A stretch of 64,000 nucleotides of DNA, from sequence record EU863409. The stretch is one strand, 5' to 3'. How positions within the stretch are numbered: position 1 is the first letter of the stretch; every line of letters starts with the position of its first letter. The position numbers and the translations under genes were made by a program. Shown here piece after piece: positions 9,095 through 17,892 of this stretch. The notes beneath the pieces are model-generated. The model made no database searches, was not told where the DNA came from, and was given only the letters and a program-made list of their open reading frames with translations. This DNA comes from Escherichia phage JS10.

Positions 9095-9568
9095 TCATTT
9101 AAGCGATTTCCTCAGTTGTTTTTTAAATGAATCGACCATTTGTTTCTTTGTGTCAGATTCATTATAAGTCATTCCATGTGAAAGCATTTCAGCAATCATT
9201 TCTTCCTTACCTAATCTACTGAACTCTTTGGTTTTATCAGGAACGAAATTAGGATGGATATTGTTTTCAGTATAATCAGATTTCAGATAGACCAGCAAAT
9301 TCTCTAACCATTCGAGGTAGTCAACATTTTGACCTTTAAGACCAGAACGGTTGAACTTATGCTTCATTTGTCCTTCTGCAGCATTGCACAGGTTACATAG
9401 TAAACCACGAACCTTACCAGCTTTTGGCCCGCTCAATTCATGGTCGTGGTCAAGGTGGTTACTTTGAACATCAGGGTTTAATTCACGTTTACAAATCAAA
9501 CACTTACCACATTGTGCATCATAAAGTTTTTGTTTTTCTTCTTTGTATAATTTGCCGGTCAACAACAT
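9095..9568 (-). CDS. 49: endonuclease VII (Holliday-junction resolvase, gp49)
   Basis: 157-aa ORF with zinc-binding Cys cluster and HDHE motif matching T4 endo VII. Confidence 0.88.
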   Translation of the reverse strand: MLLTGKLYKEEKQKLYDAQCGKCLICKRELNPDVQSNHLDHDHELSGPKAGKVRGLLCNLCNAAEGQMKHKFNRSGLKGQNVDYLEWLENLLVYLKSDYTENNIHPNFVPDKTKEFSRLGKEEMIAEMLSHGMTYNESDTKKQMVDSFKKQLRKSLK

Positions 9569-9603
9569 AATAAACCCTTACCATTATTAGATAAGGGTAT
9601 TTA

Positions 9604-9789
9604 TTATTTTTCAAATGTGCTATAGAACGAACGGTGCAACCGTTTAAATTGACGAATCATCTTTTTGGTAGGACGAGTATACAATCCCACACAGGTGGCC
9701 ATAAACTGGTCAGTAGGGCTTCCTTTGATAAGAAGTTTCCAGACCTTGTCACCGTTTAACTTTTCGGTATAGACTAATGCAGTTTTCAT
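9604..9789 (-). CDS. hypothetical protein
   Basis: 61-aa ORF; ATGA overlap. Confidence 0.4.
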   Translation of the reverse strand: MKTALVYTEKLNGDKVWKLLIKGSPTDQFMATCVGLYTRPTKKMIRQFKRLHRSFYSTFEK

Positions 9790-10088
9790 GCGACCTCAAA
9801 TTCATTATCATCGTTAGTCCAAAAACACCAGAATGAAGCTTTAGTATCTTCAAACATTTCTTTAGTGTATTCGTATACCTTACCATTGAATTCGATAGCA
9901 GTTACGCCAATGATTCCAGGATTGCCCCATGGAGAAATCTCCACCTTCAAGATTTTAACTTCAGCACCTTCACAGAGCTCGCCTGACTCAAAACCGCGAT
10001 TGCCGTTTAATTCAGGCCAGTCAACATAATGGTCGACATCTTCTTCAGTAATACGAACAGTTTTACCTTCAAATTCAAATAAATTCAT
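9786..10088 (-). CDS. hypothetical acidic protein
   Basis: 100-aa ORF. Confidence 0.5.
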   Translation of the reverse strand: MNLFEFEGKTVRITEEDVDHYVDWPELNGNRGFESGELCEGAEVKILKVEISPWGNPGIIGVTAIEFNGKVYEYTKEMFEDTKASFWCFWTNDDNEFEVA

Positions 10089-10261
10089 CAGAAGGCCTCA
10101 TCAGAAAAGCGGAGTTGAGCTTCAAGCCAATGAATATAATCCGCTGCGGCAAAAATTAAAGCAGATTCTTCATCGGGTAACTTACGAGAATCCGACAATT
10201 CATAAAGCGAATGTTCAATCAGACGGCCTTTATGACGGCCAACTTCAATTTTGGTACTCAT
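10088..10261 (-). CDS. hypothetical small protein (57 aa)
   Basis: Unlisted ORF MSTKIEVGRHKG...; GGAG SD; first gene after promoter at 10262..10331; stop overlaps next ATG. Confidence 0.4.
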   Translation of the reverse strand: MSTKIEVGRHKGRLIEHSLYELSDSRKLPDEESALIFAAADYIHWLEAQLRFSDEAF

Positions 10262-10331
10262 ATCCAAACTCCATATCGATTAAATCATTGTTTGAAGGTT
10301 CATTATACTCTATTTCGGAATCGTTGTAAAC
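10262..10331 (-). promoter_or_regulatory. sigma70-like early promoter
   Basis: -35 GTTTAC (10326-10331), 18-bp spacer, -10 TATAAT (10302-10307); hairpin 10343-10364 just upstream. Confidence 0.5.
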
Positions 10332-10377
10332 CGGTTCCTCTGGCTCGGTAGTTTCCCACCGAGCGACATACCACGGC

Positions 10378-10686
10378 TTAACGGTCACACCACCAACTAC
10401 TTACTTCAAAATCAGGCTCGCCGTCTTCCCAATACCAAGGGCCGATTGGATGCCAATCACCATGCTCATCTTCTTCAAATTCTTCGGATTCGAGCCCAAC
10501 GTATTGCCATTGGACTTCATAAGCAATGTCACCGATTACAACGGTGTTCTCGCCATATGGGTGAGCTACAACAAAGTCTATACCTTCTGCTTTAGCCAGC
10601 CAAACCATATATTCGTATAGTTTATATTCTAGGTCATCTTCGGTGCCATCACCTAGAAAAATGGTCTGTTCATTTAATTCAATCAT
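10378..10686 (-). CDS. hypothetical acidic Trp-rich protein
   Basis: 102-aa ORF; ATGA overlap with nrdC. Confidence 0.5.
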   Translation of the reverse strand: MIELNEQTIFLGDGTEDDLEYKLYEYMVWLAKAEGIDFVVAHPYGENTVVIGDIAYEVQWQYVGLESEEFEEDEHGDWHPIGPWYWEDGEPDFEVSSWWCDR

Positions 10687-10946
10687 TTAAAATATGCTCG
10701 CAGTTGGTCAAAGCCGCCAATAGAAGTTCCATCAGGAGCAAATACCTGAGGCATAGTCAAACCTACTTGAGATTCACGACCAAGAGCAGCCAGGAGTTCA
10801 GCAATCTTCTCATCATCAAATACGCCTTTTTCCGGCATAACGTTAATGAATTCGTAAGGTTGTTTCTTAACATCAAGTAGACGTTTGGCATTATCACAGA
10901 AAACACAACGGTGAATATTTGAATCGTAACCATAAACTTTAAACAT
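10683..10946 (-). CDS. nrdC: NrdC glutaredoxin/thioredoxin
   Basis: 87-aa ORF with CVFC redox motif, matches T4 NrdC closely along its length. Confidence 0.9.
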   Translation of the reverse strand: MFKVYGYDSNIHRCVFCDNAKRLLDVKKQPYEFINVMPEKGVFDDEKIAELLAALGRESQVGLTMPQVFAPDGTSIGGFDQLRAYFK

Positions 10947-10947
10947 T

Positions 10948-11190
10948 TTAAATTCCTAATACTTGTTTGAATGCTTCAGAACGGTCAAGTTCTGTTCCAT
11001 ATTTTTCTAGGTGTTCGTATTTTAAATCATACACATCAGATAGTATATTATTATACGAACGAGTTAAAGCAGATTTCAATACTGAATAACTGTCCGGGAA
11101 TTTACCATGCTCTTTATAATAAGCCAGAGTAAGTTCGCGGACTGCCTTATCGGCAGCCTCTACATATTCTTTACGCTTTGCCATTTTCAT
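10948..11190 (-). CDS. hypothetical protein (80 aa)
   Basis: Start placed at internal ATG beyond stop of upstream zinc-ribbon gene. Confidence 0.4.
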   Translation of the reverse strand: MKMAKRKEYVEAADKAVRELTLAYYKEHGKFPDSYSVLKSALTRSYNNILSDVYDLKYEHLEKYGTELDRSEAFKQVLGI

Positions 11191-11392
11191 CTCGCTCAAA
11201 TCGGTGTTTACAATGGCGGCATTTATACTGAAGCGGATTATGACGCCATTGAACCAACTGGACCTGTTCAGTTCCACATTCAGGACAATTTGGAACATTC
11301 TTAGAAGCTTTTTCACGACGTTCGACAATTTTAATAATTTGATTCCAATCAGGAATAGTTTGGTCAATATCGTCAGCTAATTGGTATTTCAT
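11171..11392 (-). CDS. zinc-ribbon protein
   Basis: 73 aa with CPEC...CRHC four-Cys motif. Confidence 0.5.
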   Translation of the reverse strand: MKYQLADDIDQTIPDWNQIIKIVERREKASKNVPNCPECGTEQVQLVQWRHNPLQYKCRHCKHRFERDENGKA

Positions 11393-12399
11393 TTCAACAG
11401 CTCCAGAGCCTGTTCAAGACGGTCTAAACGATTGGTAGACTCTTCCCAAAGTTTCTTGGCAGCAGTATATTGTCCGGTCAGTTTTTTGTTGATAGCAAGG
11501 GCATCTTTATACGCTTTTTCTAAGGCAACGATTTCCGGTAACTTGGATTTAGTAATTGGTGTATGGGCCATGATAGGGCTGTTCAAGTCGTTAATCAAGT
11601 CTTCTAATGTAGCAGGCTCTTTATCAGTGTTCACAATTTCCTCACATTTTTCTTGGTAAATTTCAGCATCAGTTTTTGGAACAGGGCATTTGATTTCGCG
11701 AACTGTTACTAAAACTTCATATCCTTTCCATCCTAAGTGGTGTTTAACTTCTTGGGTCTCATATTTCTCTACTGTATCCATCAAAGCTAAGGCTTGTTCG
11801 ATAGTATTCAAGGTATCGTAAGCAATATCTTGATACTTTACAACTTCCGCATCATCTTTGGGTTTCCTATTTGGTGACCAGATAACAGAAATAAGCACCT
11901 TTCCTTTATAGCCGTTTGTTTTAATCATGCAATTTGCCATAGGATGAATGGTGCGGCTATCACCGGCAACTACTGTTTTAGTGGCGGCTTTGAGGATTAA
12001 TGCAGAGTTAGCCTTGAATTCAGCGGCCCAACGTTGTGGAAATAAACTACTAGGGTCCATACCTTTAATTTTGACATAACCTTTTATGGTATCACCAAAC
12101 CATTTGTAGCTAACAACATGGCTAGAACCTGGGTGTTTCTCTTTGCCAAACTCTGAAAGGATATCCTTATTAACCAACCGCGAAAGCAGTCGAGAACCTT
12201 TAAATGTATCTACGATATCAGGAATAAACAAGCGGCCCGCGATCTTTTCGATTTCAGCTTTGAAACAGCGCGATAATGCATCATCAATTTGGTCTACCCA
12301 TTTATTGATATTAGAAACTATTACCACATATGGGGTTAATGGAGGGGTATTGGCAGTGATATACGTAGTAAAGGCATTGATGTATTCAGTACGAGTCAT
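11389..12399 (-). CDS. hypothetical protein (336 aa)
   Basis: Start at internal ATG just downstream of promoter 12400..12457; C-terminal coiled coil. Confidence 0.55.
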   Translation of the reverse strand: MTRTEYINAFTTYITANTPPLTPYVVIVSNINKWVDQIDDALSRCFKAEIEKIAGRLFIPDIVDTFKGSRLLSRLVNKDILSEFGKEKHPGSSHVVSYKWFGDTIKGYVKIKGMDPSSLFPQRWAAEFKANSALILKAATKTVVAGDSRTIHPMANCMIKTNGYKGKVLISVIWSPNRKPKDDAEVVKYQDIAYDTLNTIEQALALMDTVEKYETQEVKHHLGWKGYEVLVTVREIKCPVPKTDAEIYQEKCEEIVNTDKEPATLEDLINDLNSPIMAHTPITKSKLPEIVALEKAYKDALAINKKLTGQYTAAKKLWEESTNRLDRLEQALELLK

Positions 12400-12457
12400 G
12401 ATATTCTCCTCAGTAGTTGATAAAAGGATTATACTCCATCCATCCTTGGATGTAAAC
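12400..12457 (-). promoter_or_regulatory. sigma70-like early promoter with degenerate PeSL core
   Basis: -35 GTTTAC (12452-12457), 18-bp spacer, -10 TATAAT (12428-12433); CTCCTCAGTAGTTGATA proximal block. Confidence 0.5.
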
Positions 12458-12458
12458 A

Positions 12459-13340
12459 TTATTTTAGAGCTAATAGTGCCGCACTGAGCTTGTCACGCTG
12501 GTTTTCCATATTCTTGATGCGGGTCAATACGTCTTGAATACTCTTTTTCTCATCTTCAATCTGACCATTTAAACGGTGGATTGATTCCTGAATGCTATCT
12601 GCATAATAGGTCTCAATAGGTTTCATCGTAGGGTTAGTAACAACCAAAGAATTATCAGGTTTAATTTTCCAATGATACGGTTCGGAATTGAATGGACTAG
12701 GCACAGCAGTGGTTTTGAATTTGTCATAGGCTGCATACTGGCCTACGCTGTCACATGATACTGTAGAGGTAGCGATAGATATACGACGTTCCATTTGTGG
12801 GTCCTTTTGTTGAGATTGATAAGGGGTATAAGACAAAAGATATTCACGAGTTAGTTTAACATTAAAATACACTGCATCGGCTCGCCCAGAACAATCAGCA
12901 TATTCATCGGTTGTAACCTTATATGATTCTACAGCCTTAATACGAGTCATTGCTTCTCTGAATAAGGTTTCGAATGCTTCACGAAGGGCCTTATTACCTT
13001 TTGAGGTAGGACGGAAACGAACTTGAATACCGTCAGCCAGAATATTAATGACTAGGTTACGAGCCGTAAAATTAATATTCTTGATATTAACAGGAACCGT
13101 AGAAATACGTCCTGCAGTGGCCAAGAGGTCTTTGATATTAGCTCGCAATGTTGCACCAAACAGGTGGGCTGGGCAACGGCAATAATCGTTCAAAGAACCA
13201 ATATAAGTTCCTTTACGACCTACACCATAAGTATAATTACCATTACAAATATGACCAAAGTCGGCCAGCCGATCGATAGCGATACGACGAGTCGTGTCAT
13301 GGTCGTATATAGAGTATTCTTTACGTGTTTTAATGTTCAT
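12459..13340 (-). CDS. hypothetical protein (293 aa)
   Basis: Long ORF, C-terminal coiled coil; alternative start 13364. Confidence 0.55.
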   Translation of the reverse strand: MNIKTRKEYSIYDHDTTRRIAIDRLADFGHICNGNYTYGVGRKGTYIGSLNDYCRCPAHLFGATLRANIKDLLATAGRISTVPVNIKNINFTARNLVINILADGIQVRFRPTSKGNKALREAFETLFREAMTRIKAVESYKVTTDEYADCSGRADAVYFNVKLTREYLLSYTPYQSQQKDPQMERRISIATSTVSCDSVGQYAAYDKFKTTAVPSPFNSEPYHWKIKPDNSLVVTNPTMKPIETYYADSIQESIHRLNGQIEDEKKSIQDVLTRIKNMENQRDKLSAALLALK

Positions 13341-13341
13341 A

Positions 13342-13557
13342 TTAAAGTCCAAATAATTTTTCATAAAATTTAGCGAAAGGCCATGCGATACACATTATAA
13401 TGCCCACTATCCAGAATATAGGCCATACTAGTGTAATGAATACTGCATCATAGCTTGATTCAATTTCGATTGGATTCCAATCACCCGATTTATGAATGAT
13501 AAAGGTCGTCATAAATCCTAGCACAAAGTAAAGGAGAATAAAACCTAAGATTTCCAT
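13342..13557 (-). CDS. small membrane protein
   Basis: 71 aa, two predicted transmembrane helices. Confidence 0.5.
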   Translation of the reverse strand: MEILGFILLYFVLGFMTTFIIHKSGDWNPIEIESSYDAVFITLVWPIFWIVGIIMCIAWPFAKFYEKLFGL

Positions 13558-13558
13558 A

Positions 13559-13639
13559 TTAACCTATAATGTTTGAGAAAATTAGCCACAGAATACCTGT
13601 GGCTATGATTACATAACCAAGAACAGCGAGCCATTCCAT
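13559..13639 (-). CDS. hydrophobic mini-ORF (26 aa)
   Basis: MEWLAVLGYVIIATGILWLIFSNIIG; AAGGA SD; packed between two genes with 1-2 nt spacers. Confidence 0.3.
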   Translation of the reverse strand: MEWLAVLGYVIIATGILWLIFSNIIG

Positions 13640-13641
13640 AA

Positions 13642-14484
13642 TTAATCCTTAAGAAGATTTAGGATATCGATATATTTCTGGCGTTCAGCCTTAGCTTTGG
13701 CATTCAGGCCAGAGAGTCGGAAAATCTCATCATCTTGTTGTTGGATTGTAACATTCAAGCAAGTAAGCAAATTGCTAAAATACTCGATTTGGGCTTGATG
13801 TTTCTCATTGCTGCGCACTGGCACAGGTTCTGGTTTAGGAGCTTCTGAATGCTCTTCAGCCAGGTCTTTAATTTTATAAAGTTTAATACGTTGGCCTACT
13901 CCAGTTTCAGCATCACCAAAACTAAGAACACCGTGTTGTTCTAATTCAGACAGGGCCAAGCGCAGATGGAACTTCCAGTTGTCATATTGACAACCACTAA
14001 AAGTTGAAATGGTATACTCATTTTCATTTCCAGGGTGGTTAACAATATTAAAGATAATCCAATCACCTGAACCGTTAGTCTTAAATGTCATTTGTTTATC
14101 AAGACCTTTTGCAAGGCGAGCACCAAGAGCCAGTAGACGTCGTTGGTTGGCATGAAGGTCTTGAACAACTTCGCCAAATGACATCGCCGGGATTAAACGA
14201 CCGTAGAGGTCGTAGCCTTTGTTATAATTTTTAAGAATAATTTTGGCATTAGCACGAGACAACATACCTGTTTTACGAAGAGTTTTCATGACCCGGTCTT
14301 CTAAGGTAAACAACCCTTTGGTCTTGTCAAAGATTTTAGTGAAGTCATCTTTAACAGTACAAACATTGAACTTGTCCCACATCATATATAGGACCTTTTC
14401 AACCACTTCTTTAGAACTCGGAATACGACCAAATTTAACAACTTTTTTAACTTCAGAACGAATTTGATTAATTGCTTGTGACAT
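13642..14484 (-). CDS. hypothetical protein (280 aa)
   Basis: ORF starting MSQAI with the same 26-nt 5' block as gene 6660..6989. Confidence 0.55.
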   Translation of the reverse strand: MSQAINQIRSEVKKVVKFGRIPSSKEVVEKVLYMMWDKFNVCTVKDDFTKIFDKTKGLFTLEDRVMKTLRKTGMLSRANAKIILKNYNKGYDLYGRLIPAMSFGEVVQDLHANQRRLLALGARLAKGLDKQMTFKTNGSGDWIIFNIVNHPGNENEYTISTFSGCQYDNWKFHLRLALSELEQHGVLSFGDAETGVGQRIKLYKIKDLAEEHSEAPKPEPVPVRSNEKHQAQIEYFSNLLTCLNVTIQQQDDEIFRLSGLNAKAKAERQKYIDILNLLKD

Positions 14485-14551
14485 AATAATTTCCTCAGTA
14501 AGTAATTAAGAACCTAGAACCATTATACCATCCTTGGTATAAAGCGTTTAT
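14485..14551 (-). promoter_or_regulatory. promoter-like element with stem-loop over -10
   Basis: -10 TATAAT (14522-14527) within hairpin TTATACC-N6-GGTATAA; -35 weak. Confidence 0.35.
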
Positions 14552-15072
14552 GCGAGAACCGTCTTTAAACGCTCTTCAAATTTCTGAAGCAGAGCTTGGC
14601 GTTCAGCTCGTTGTGATTTGTACTGCTCGATACGACCTGAAGTGAGGGCGTACTGTTCGTTTACTGATTCCCGCATGAATTCAGGAATCTCTTTACAAGC
14701 TTTGATTTCGTCAAACTTATCAATAACCGCTTGTTGTTCGGCAATCAAGTTATCAAAATAAGCGATATCTGATTTAACGTTTGCCAGGTCAGATTCGGTA
14801 GGCATTAAACGTTTATTACGCTCAGCTTGATAAGCTTGGTTGGTTTCACGACTCCAGTGAAGAGTACGTTTTTTGTTGGTGTTTTTATAGAGCTCTACAA
14901 TACCAACTGAATCGATGATAGCAATCCAGTTCCAACGGTTTTTGTAAATCTCTCCTCCAGATACGGTAATCTCATTACCACAAGCAACATCATTAAAGAA
15001 CTTGCTTTGTTTTTCAGATTTGAAATTACCATTGTTAAAATTAATCAGTGAAAAAATATCTTTAGCGTTCAT
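14548..15072 (-). CDS. hypothetical protein (174 aa)
   Basis: ORF immediately downstream of canonical PeSL-like cassette. Confidence 0.55.
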   Translation of the reverse strand: MNAKDIFSLINFNNGNFKSEKQSKFFNDVACGNEITVSGGEIYKNRWNWIAIIDSVGIVELYKNTNKKRTLHWSRETNQAYQAERNKRLMPTESDLANVKSDIAYFDNLIAEQQAVIDKFDEIKACKEIPEFMRESVNEQYALTSGRIEQYKSQRAERQALLQKFEERLKTVLA

Positions 15073-15127
15073 GATAACCTCCAGTAGTTGATAGGTCTAT
15101 AGTATCATGTCTAATGGAGATGTAAAC
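15073..15127 (-). promoter_or_regulatory. PeSL-like promoter-stem-loop cassette
   Basis: core TTGATAGGTCTATAGTATCA; -35 GTTTAC; 9-bp inverted repeat arms (one mismatch), proximal arm includes GGAGG SD. Confidence 0.55.
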
Positions 15128-15129
15128 AA

Positions 15130-15471
15130 CTAATAGAAACTTTTTTCACCGGCTTGCCCACTAAACCAGGCGGATTGTGTGTTCTCTTTCCGTTGGTGTT
15201 TAATACGAATAAGGTATTCGTTCCTGATGGCGCAGAGTTCATCTCTGAAGTCGCCTGCCAACTTAACCTGCTTACGGTCTAGATTTATTAAGGCTTGGGT
15301 CTTCGCGGCCAAGCGCAACCTCTTGAAGTCTCCTCCTTCACAACCGGTTTTATAAACCTTCTCAGCGAATTTGTGTTTAGATTCATTATCATAGTCTTCA
15401 ATAGACTGTTTCATGGCATTAGAGTATTTCAACTCTGCTTTTACAAGGTCATAACTAAATTGTTCGAACAT
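15130..15471 (-). CDS. hypothetical protein
   Basis: 113-aa ORF. Confidence 0.5.
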   Translation of the reverse strand: MFEQFSYDLVKAELKYSNAMKQSIEDYDNESKHKFAEKVYKTGCEGGDFKRLRLAAKTQALINLDRKQVKLAGDFRDELCAIRNEYLIRIKHQRKENTQSAWFSGQAGEKSFY

Positions 15472-15481
15472 AATTTCACCT

Positions 15482-16462
15482 TTATTTCAGAAGGGTAACT
15501 TCGGCGATTTCGCTCCAGTCATTTTTATCGGTGGCAATGAAGTCCGCCAGATAAAGAGCTGTACGTAATGATACGTTACGAAGACGAGATACATTGGCCT
15601 TCATCCATGCTAGAGCTTGATAAGTCTCGGCATCAGTCAGACCTCGGTTTTGCATCATATCGGTGGACAGGATAACGTCTTCAACACGAACCATAATCTC
15701 TTCGTTCGAGTGAACTCCGAGGTCTAAGTAAACTGAACGAGATACTAAAGCCTGGAGGTGTGGAGCAAGTTTAGTGCCACGTTCTAATTCACGGTCAATA
15801 TCAACGTTGGTGATGAATACGATGGTGCCTTCATATTCGAATTCTTTATCGATATTTTTATCATCGAGATAAGAACTTGAAGTGCTCCAGCACACCTTAC
15901 GTTTCTCACCGGTATCCAATGCGGCTTTCAGAAGGTTCAGGATATCCATGTCAGAGAATACATCAACATCATCAATAAGAAGAACACTATTAGGGCCGCG
16001 GTTATTCCAAAGTTGCTCGTAAAGACCGATTCCACTAATCTTTCCGTTGATTGATTTATATTCGATAGTTTCATTTTCGTGGGCATTTTGTAATGCTTTA
16101 TCCAAAGAGTATGTTTTACCAATACCTGCGGCACCAGAGATGATAAGGGAACGAATTTTACCATCAATGATTCCGTTAGTCATCATGTTCATTACTTTAA
16201 AACGTTTGTTGATGCGATGTTTCATTTCTTCAGCAGATTCAGTAACCATTGCAGGAGCTTCAGCACCTTCCATTTCAACGTCACATTTGAACACCCATAC
16301 ACCACGTTCAACACCATCAATCTGTACAAATACCTTGCCATCACCGAGGTGAGCTTCAGATTCATGAATTTTATTAGGGAACCAGGTTTTACCTGAACTC
16401 ATGAACGTACCAGAGATTTCATTACCGCGATAGATACCTTTGTTGATTTTGATAGTTAACAT
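15482..16462 (-). CDS. P-loop ATPase (Walker A GAAGIGKT, Walker B LLIDDVD)
   Basis: 326 aa from internal ATG with AAGGAG SD; N-terminal approx 100-aa domain followed by ATPase core. Confidence 0.6.
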   Translation of the reverse strand: MLTIKINKGIYRGNEISGTFMSSGKTWFPNKIHESEAHLGDGKVFVQIDGVERGVWVFKCDVEMEGAEAPAMVTESAEEMKHRINKRFKVMNMMTNGIIDGKIRSLIISGAAGIGKTYSLDKALQNAHENETIEYKSINGKISGIGLYEQLWNNRGPNSVLLIDDVDVFSDMDILNLLKAALDTGEKRKVCWSTSSSYLDDKNIDKEFEYEGTIVFITNVDIDRELERGTKLAPHLQALVSRSVYLDLGVHSNEEIMVRVEDVILSTDMMQNRGLTDAETYQALAWMKANVSRLRNVSLRTALYLADFIATDKNDWSEIAEVTLLK

Positions 16463-16526
16463 TTTATTCTCCTTCACTCAGTAGATTTGATAGGTCTATA
16501 ATAACATGTTTAAAGCAGATGTACAC
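16463..16526 (-). promoter_or_regulatory. PeSL-like cassette (variant, repeat copy 1)
   Basis: GATAGGTCTATAATAACATGTTTAAAGCAGATGTACAC; -35 GTGTAC, -10 TATTAT; palindrome AACATGTT. Confidence 0.5.
16489..16526 (-). repeat. 38-bp direct repeat (copy 1) of PeSL variant core
   Basis: GATAGGTCTATAATAACATGTTTAAAGCAGATGTACAC; second copy at 16801..16838. Confidence 0.7.
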
Positions 16527-16528
16527 AC

Positions 16529-16759
16529 TTATTTTGCAATAATTTCACAGAAGCCATCTTTATAGCGGGCCCATGTTTCACCATTTACTGTATAAAGAGC
16601 AGCTTTACGACCATTAGGCATAACAACTTGTTTACCTTTGTTTTTAGTTACAGCTTCAATAATTTCGTATTCTTCAGCACGATCAGCTTTAAAGGTATCT
16701 TCCAGAGCGATCAAGTTAGTAGTGTAAGAACCGTATTTGTAATTTTTGATAGCGTACAT
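16529..16759 (-). CDS. hypothetical protein (76 aa)
   Basis: Small ORF flanked on both sides by 38-bp direct repeats of the PeSL core. Confidence 0.5.
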   Translation of the reverse strand: MYAIKNYKYGSYTTNLIALEDTFKADRAEEYEIIEAVTKNKGKQVVMPNGRKAALYTVNGETWARYKDGFCEIIAK

Positions 16760-16838
16760 TTTTATATCTCCGTTTGGTTTAAGTTTTCAGCTCTTTAGCT
16801 GATAGGTCTATAATAACATGTTTAAAGCAGATGTACAC
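16760..16838 (-). promoter_or_regulatory. PeSL-like cassette (variant, repeat copy 2)
   Basis: Identical 38-bp core to copy 1 at 16801-16838. Confidence 0.5.
16801..16838 (-). repeat. 38-bp direct repeat (copy 2) of PeSL variant core
   Basis: Identical to 16489..16526; the two copies bracket ORF 16529..16759. Confidence 0.7.
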
Positions 16839-16850
16839 TACTTTTTTGCA

Positions 16851-16880
16851 CTAAACCCAAAAAAGGCCCGAAGGCCTTTT
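16851..16880 (-). terminator. intrinsic terminator
   Basis: GGCC-UUCG-GGCC hairpin with A/U-extended stem and U-rich tail after nucleotidyltransferase gene. Confidence 0.5.
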
Positions 16881-16881
16881 A

Positions 16882-17892
16882 TCATTTATAATACGAGTTA
16901 TGGTTTTCTAGGTAAACCTGCTCAACGAACTTGTCCCAGAACTTCATGTCCACCTTCGCAGGCATACCATTCTTAGCTGCCCAGATGGCATTGGTTTCGA
17001 CTTCATCAACTATAGCTTCGAGCTCAGCCTGTACATCTTTAAAAGCATGTAGCCCTTGTTTGATTTCAAGGATAAATGGTGCTGTTCGTAAAGGATATTG
17101 AAGGTCGCCGGTCATATAGATTTCCTTCAACTGATATCCAGCACGATAAGCATGGCTCAGAGCTTTCCAATCAATGCCTTCATTAGCTTCGGCCTTACGA
17201 GCACGTTCACCATATTCAGCATCAAGTTTATTCAGAGATTGCTTAAGCTCGATTAATGACAAAGTAGTTTGGTACTTACGTCCGAGGACAGTATAGAACG
17301 TTTGAGGACCTGTTTTCTCATGGTTATGAAATACCCATTCACAGAACTCGTTTTCAGGAAGTCGATGTTTGATATCTTCTACCTTAGTGCGACGTTGCTT
17401 AGTAGAACCATCTTCTTGATAATCAACCCACTGTTCAGGAATCTGGTTAACGATAGCCAGTACACCACGCAGAGCAGCCAGACGAGAACCCTTAACACCA
17501 TATTTAGAAGCTTGCTTACGGACGTACCCTAAATAGGCTTTCATGTTAGTTGTATAGAAACGCGAACGGTTATCTTGGATAAATTTCCATACATCAGGTA
17601 AATCAGATTTAACCACCATTTCGGGTGGAGTGTGGAGCATATCCAGAGCAACGGTTTCGCCATCAGCAGCCAGTTTAAAGAAATATTTCAGGCTGTAAAG
17701 CTCATGGTCAACATCATCTTTAGTGTTTTTGGAAGCAGTGTTATTCGTGTTCAGGTTGGTATGGTTCATTGCCGTACCTAACAGAATATCACGCGGATGT
17801 GGAACAAAGATTTCTTTAAAATCGACATCAGATTCCGGAGTACTTGTTCCATAAAGATGGCTACCGAAGTAGCCTTTCATAACTGTTCTCAT
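16882..17892 (-). CDS. Pol-beta-superfamily nucleotidyltransferase
   Basis: G-S-x10-D-V-D motif (GSHLYGTSTPESDVDF) near N-terminus; start at ATG forming ATGA overlap with upstream stop. Confidence 0.6.
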   Translation of the reverse strand: MRTVMKGYFGSHLYGTSTPESDVDFKEIFVPHPRDILLGTAMNHTNLNTNNTASKNTKDDVDHELYSLKYFFKLAADGETVALDMLHTPPEMVVKSDLPDVWKFIQDNRSRFYTTNMKAYLGYVRKQASKYGVKGSRLAALRGVLAIVNQIPEQWVDYQEDGSTKQRRTKVEDIKHRLPENEFCEWVFHNHEKTGPQTFYTVLGRKYQTTLSLIELKQSLNKLDAEYGERARKAEANEGIDWKALSHAYRAGYQLKEIYMTGDLQYPLRTAPFILEIKQGLHAFKDVQAELEAIVDEVETNAIWAAKNGMPAKVDMKFWDKFVEQVYLENHNSYYK

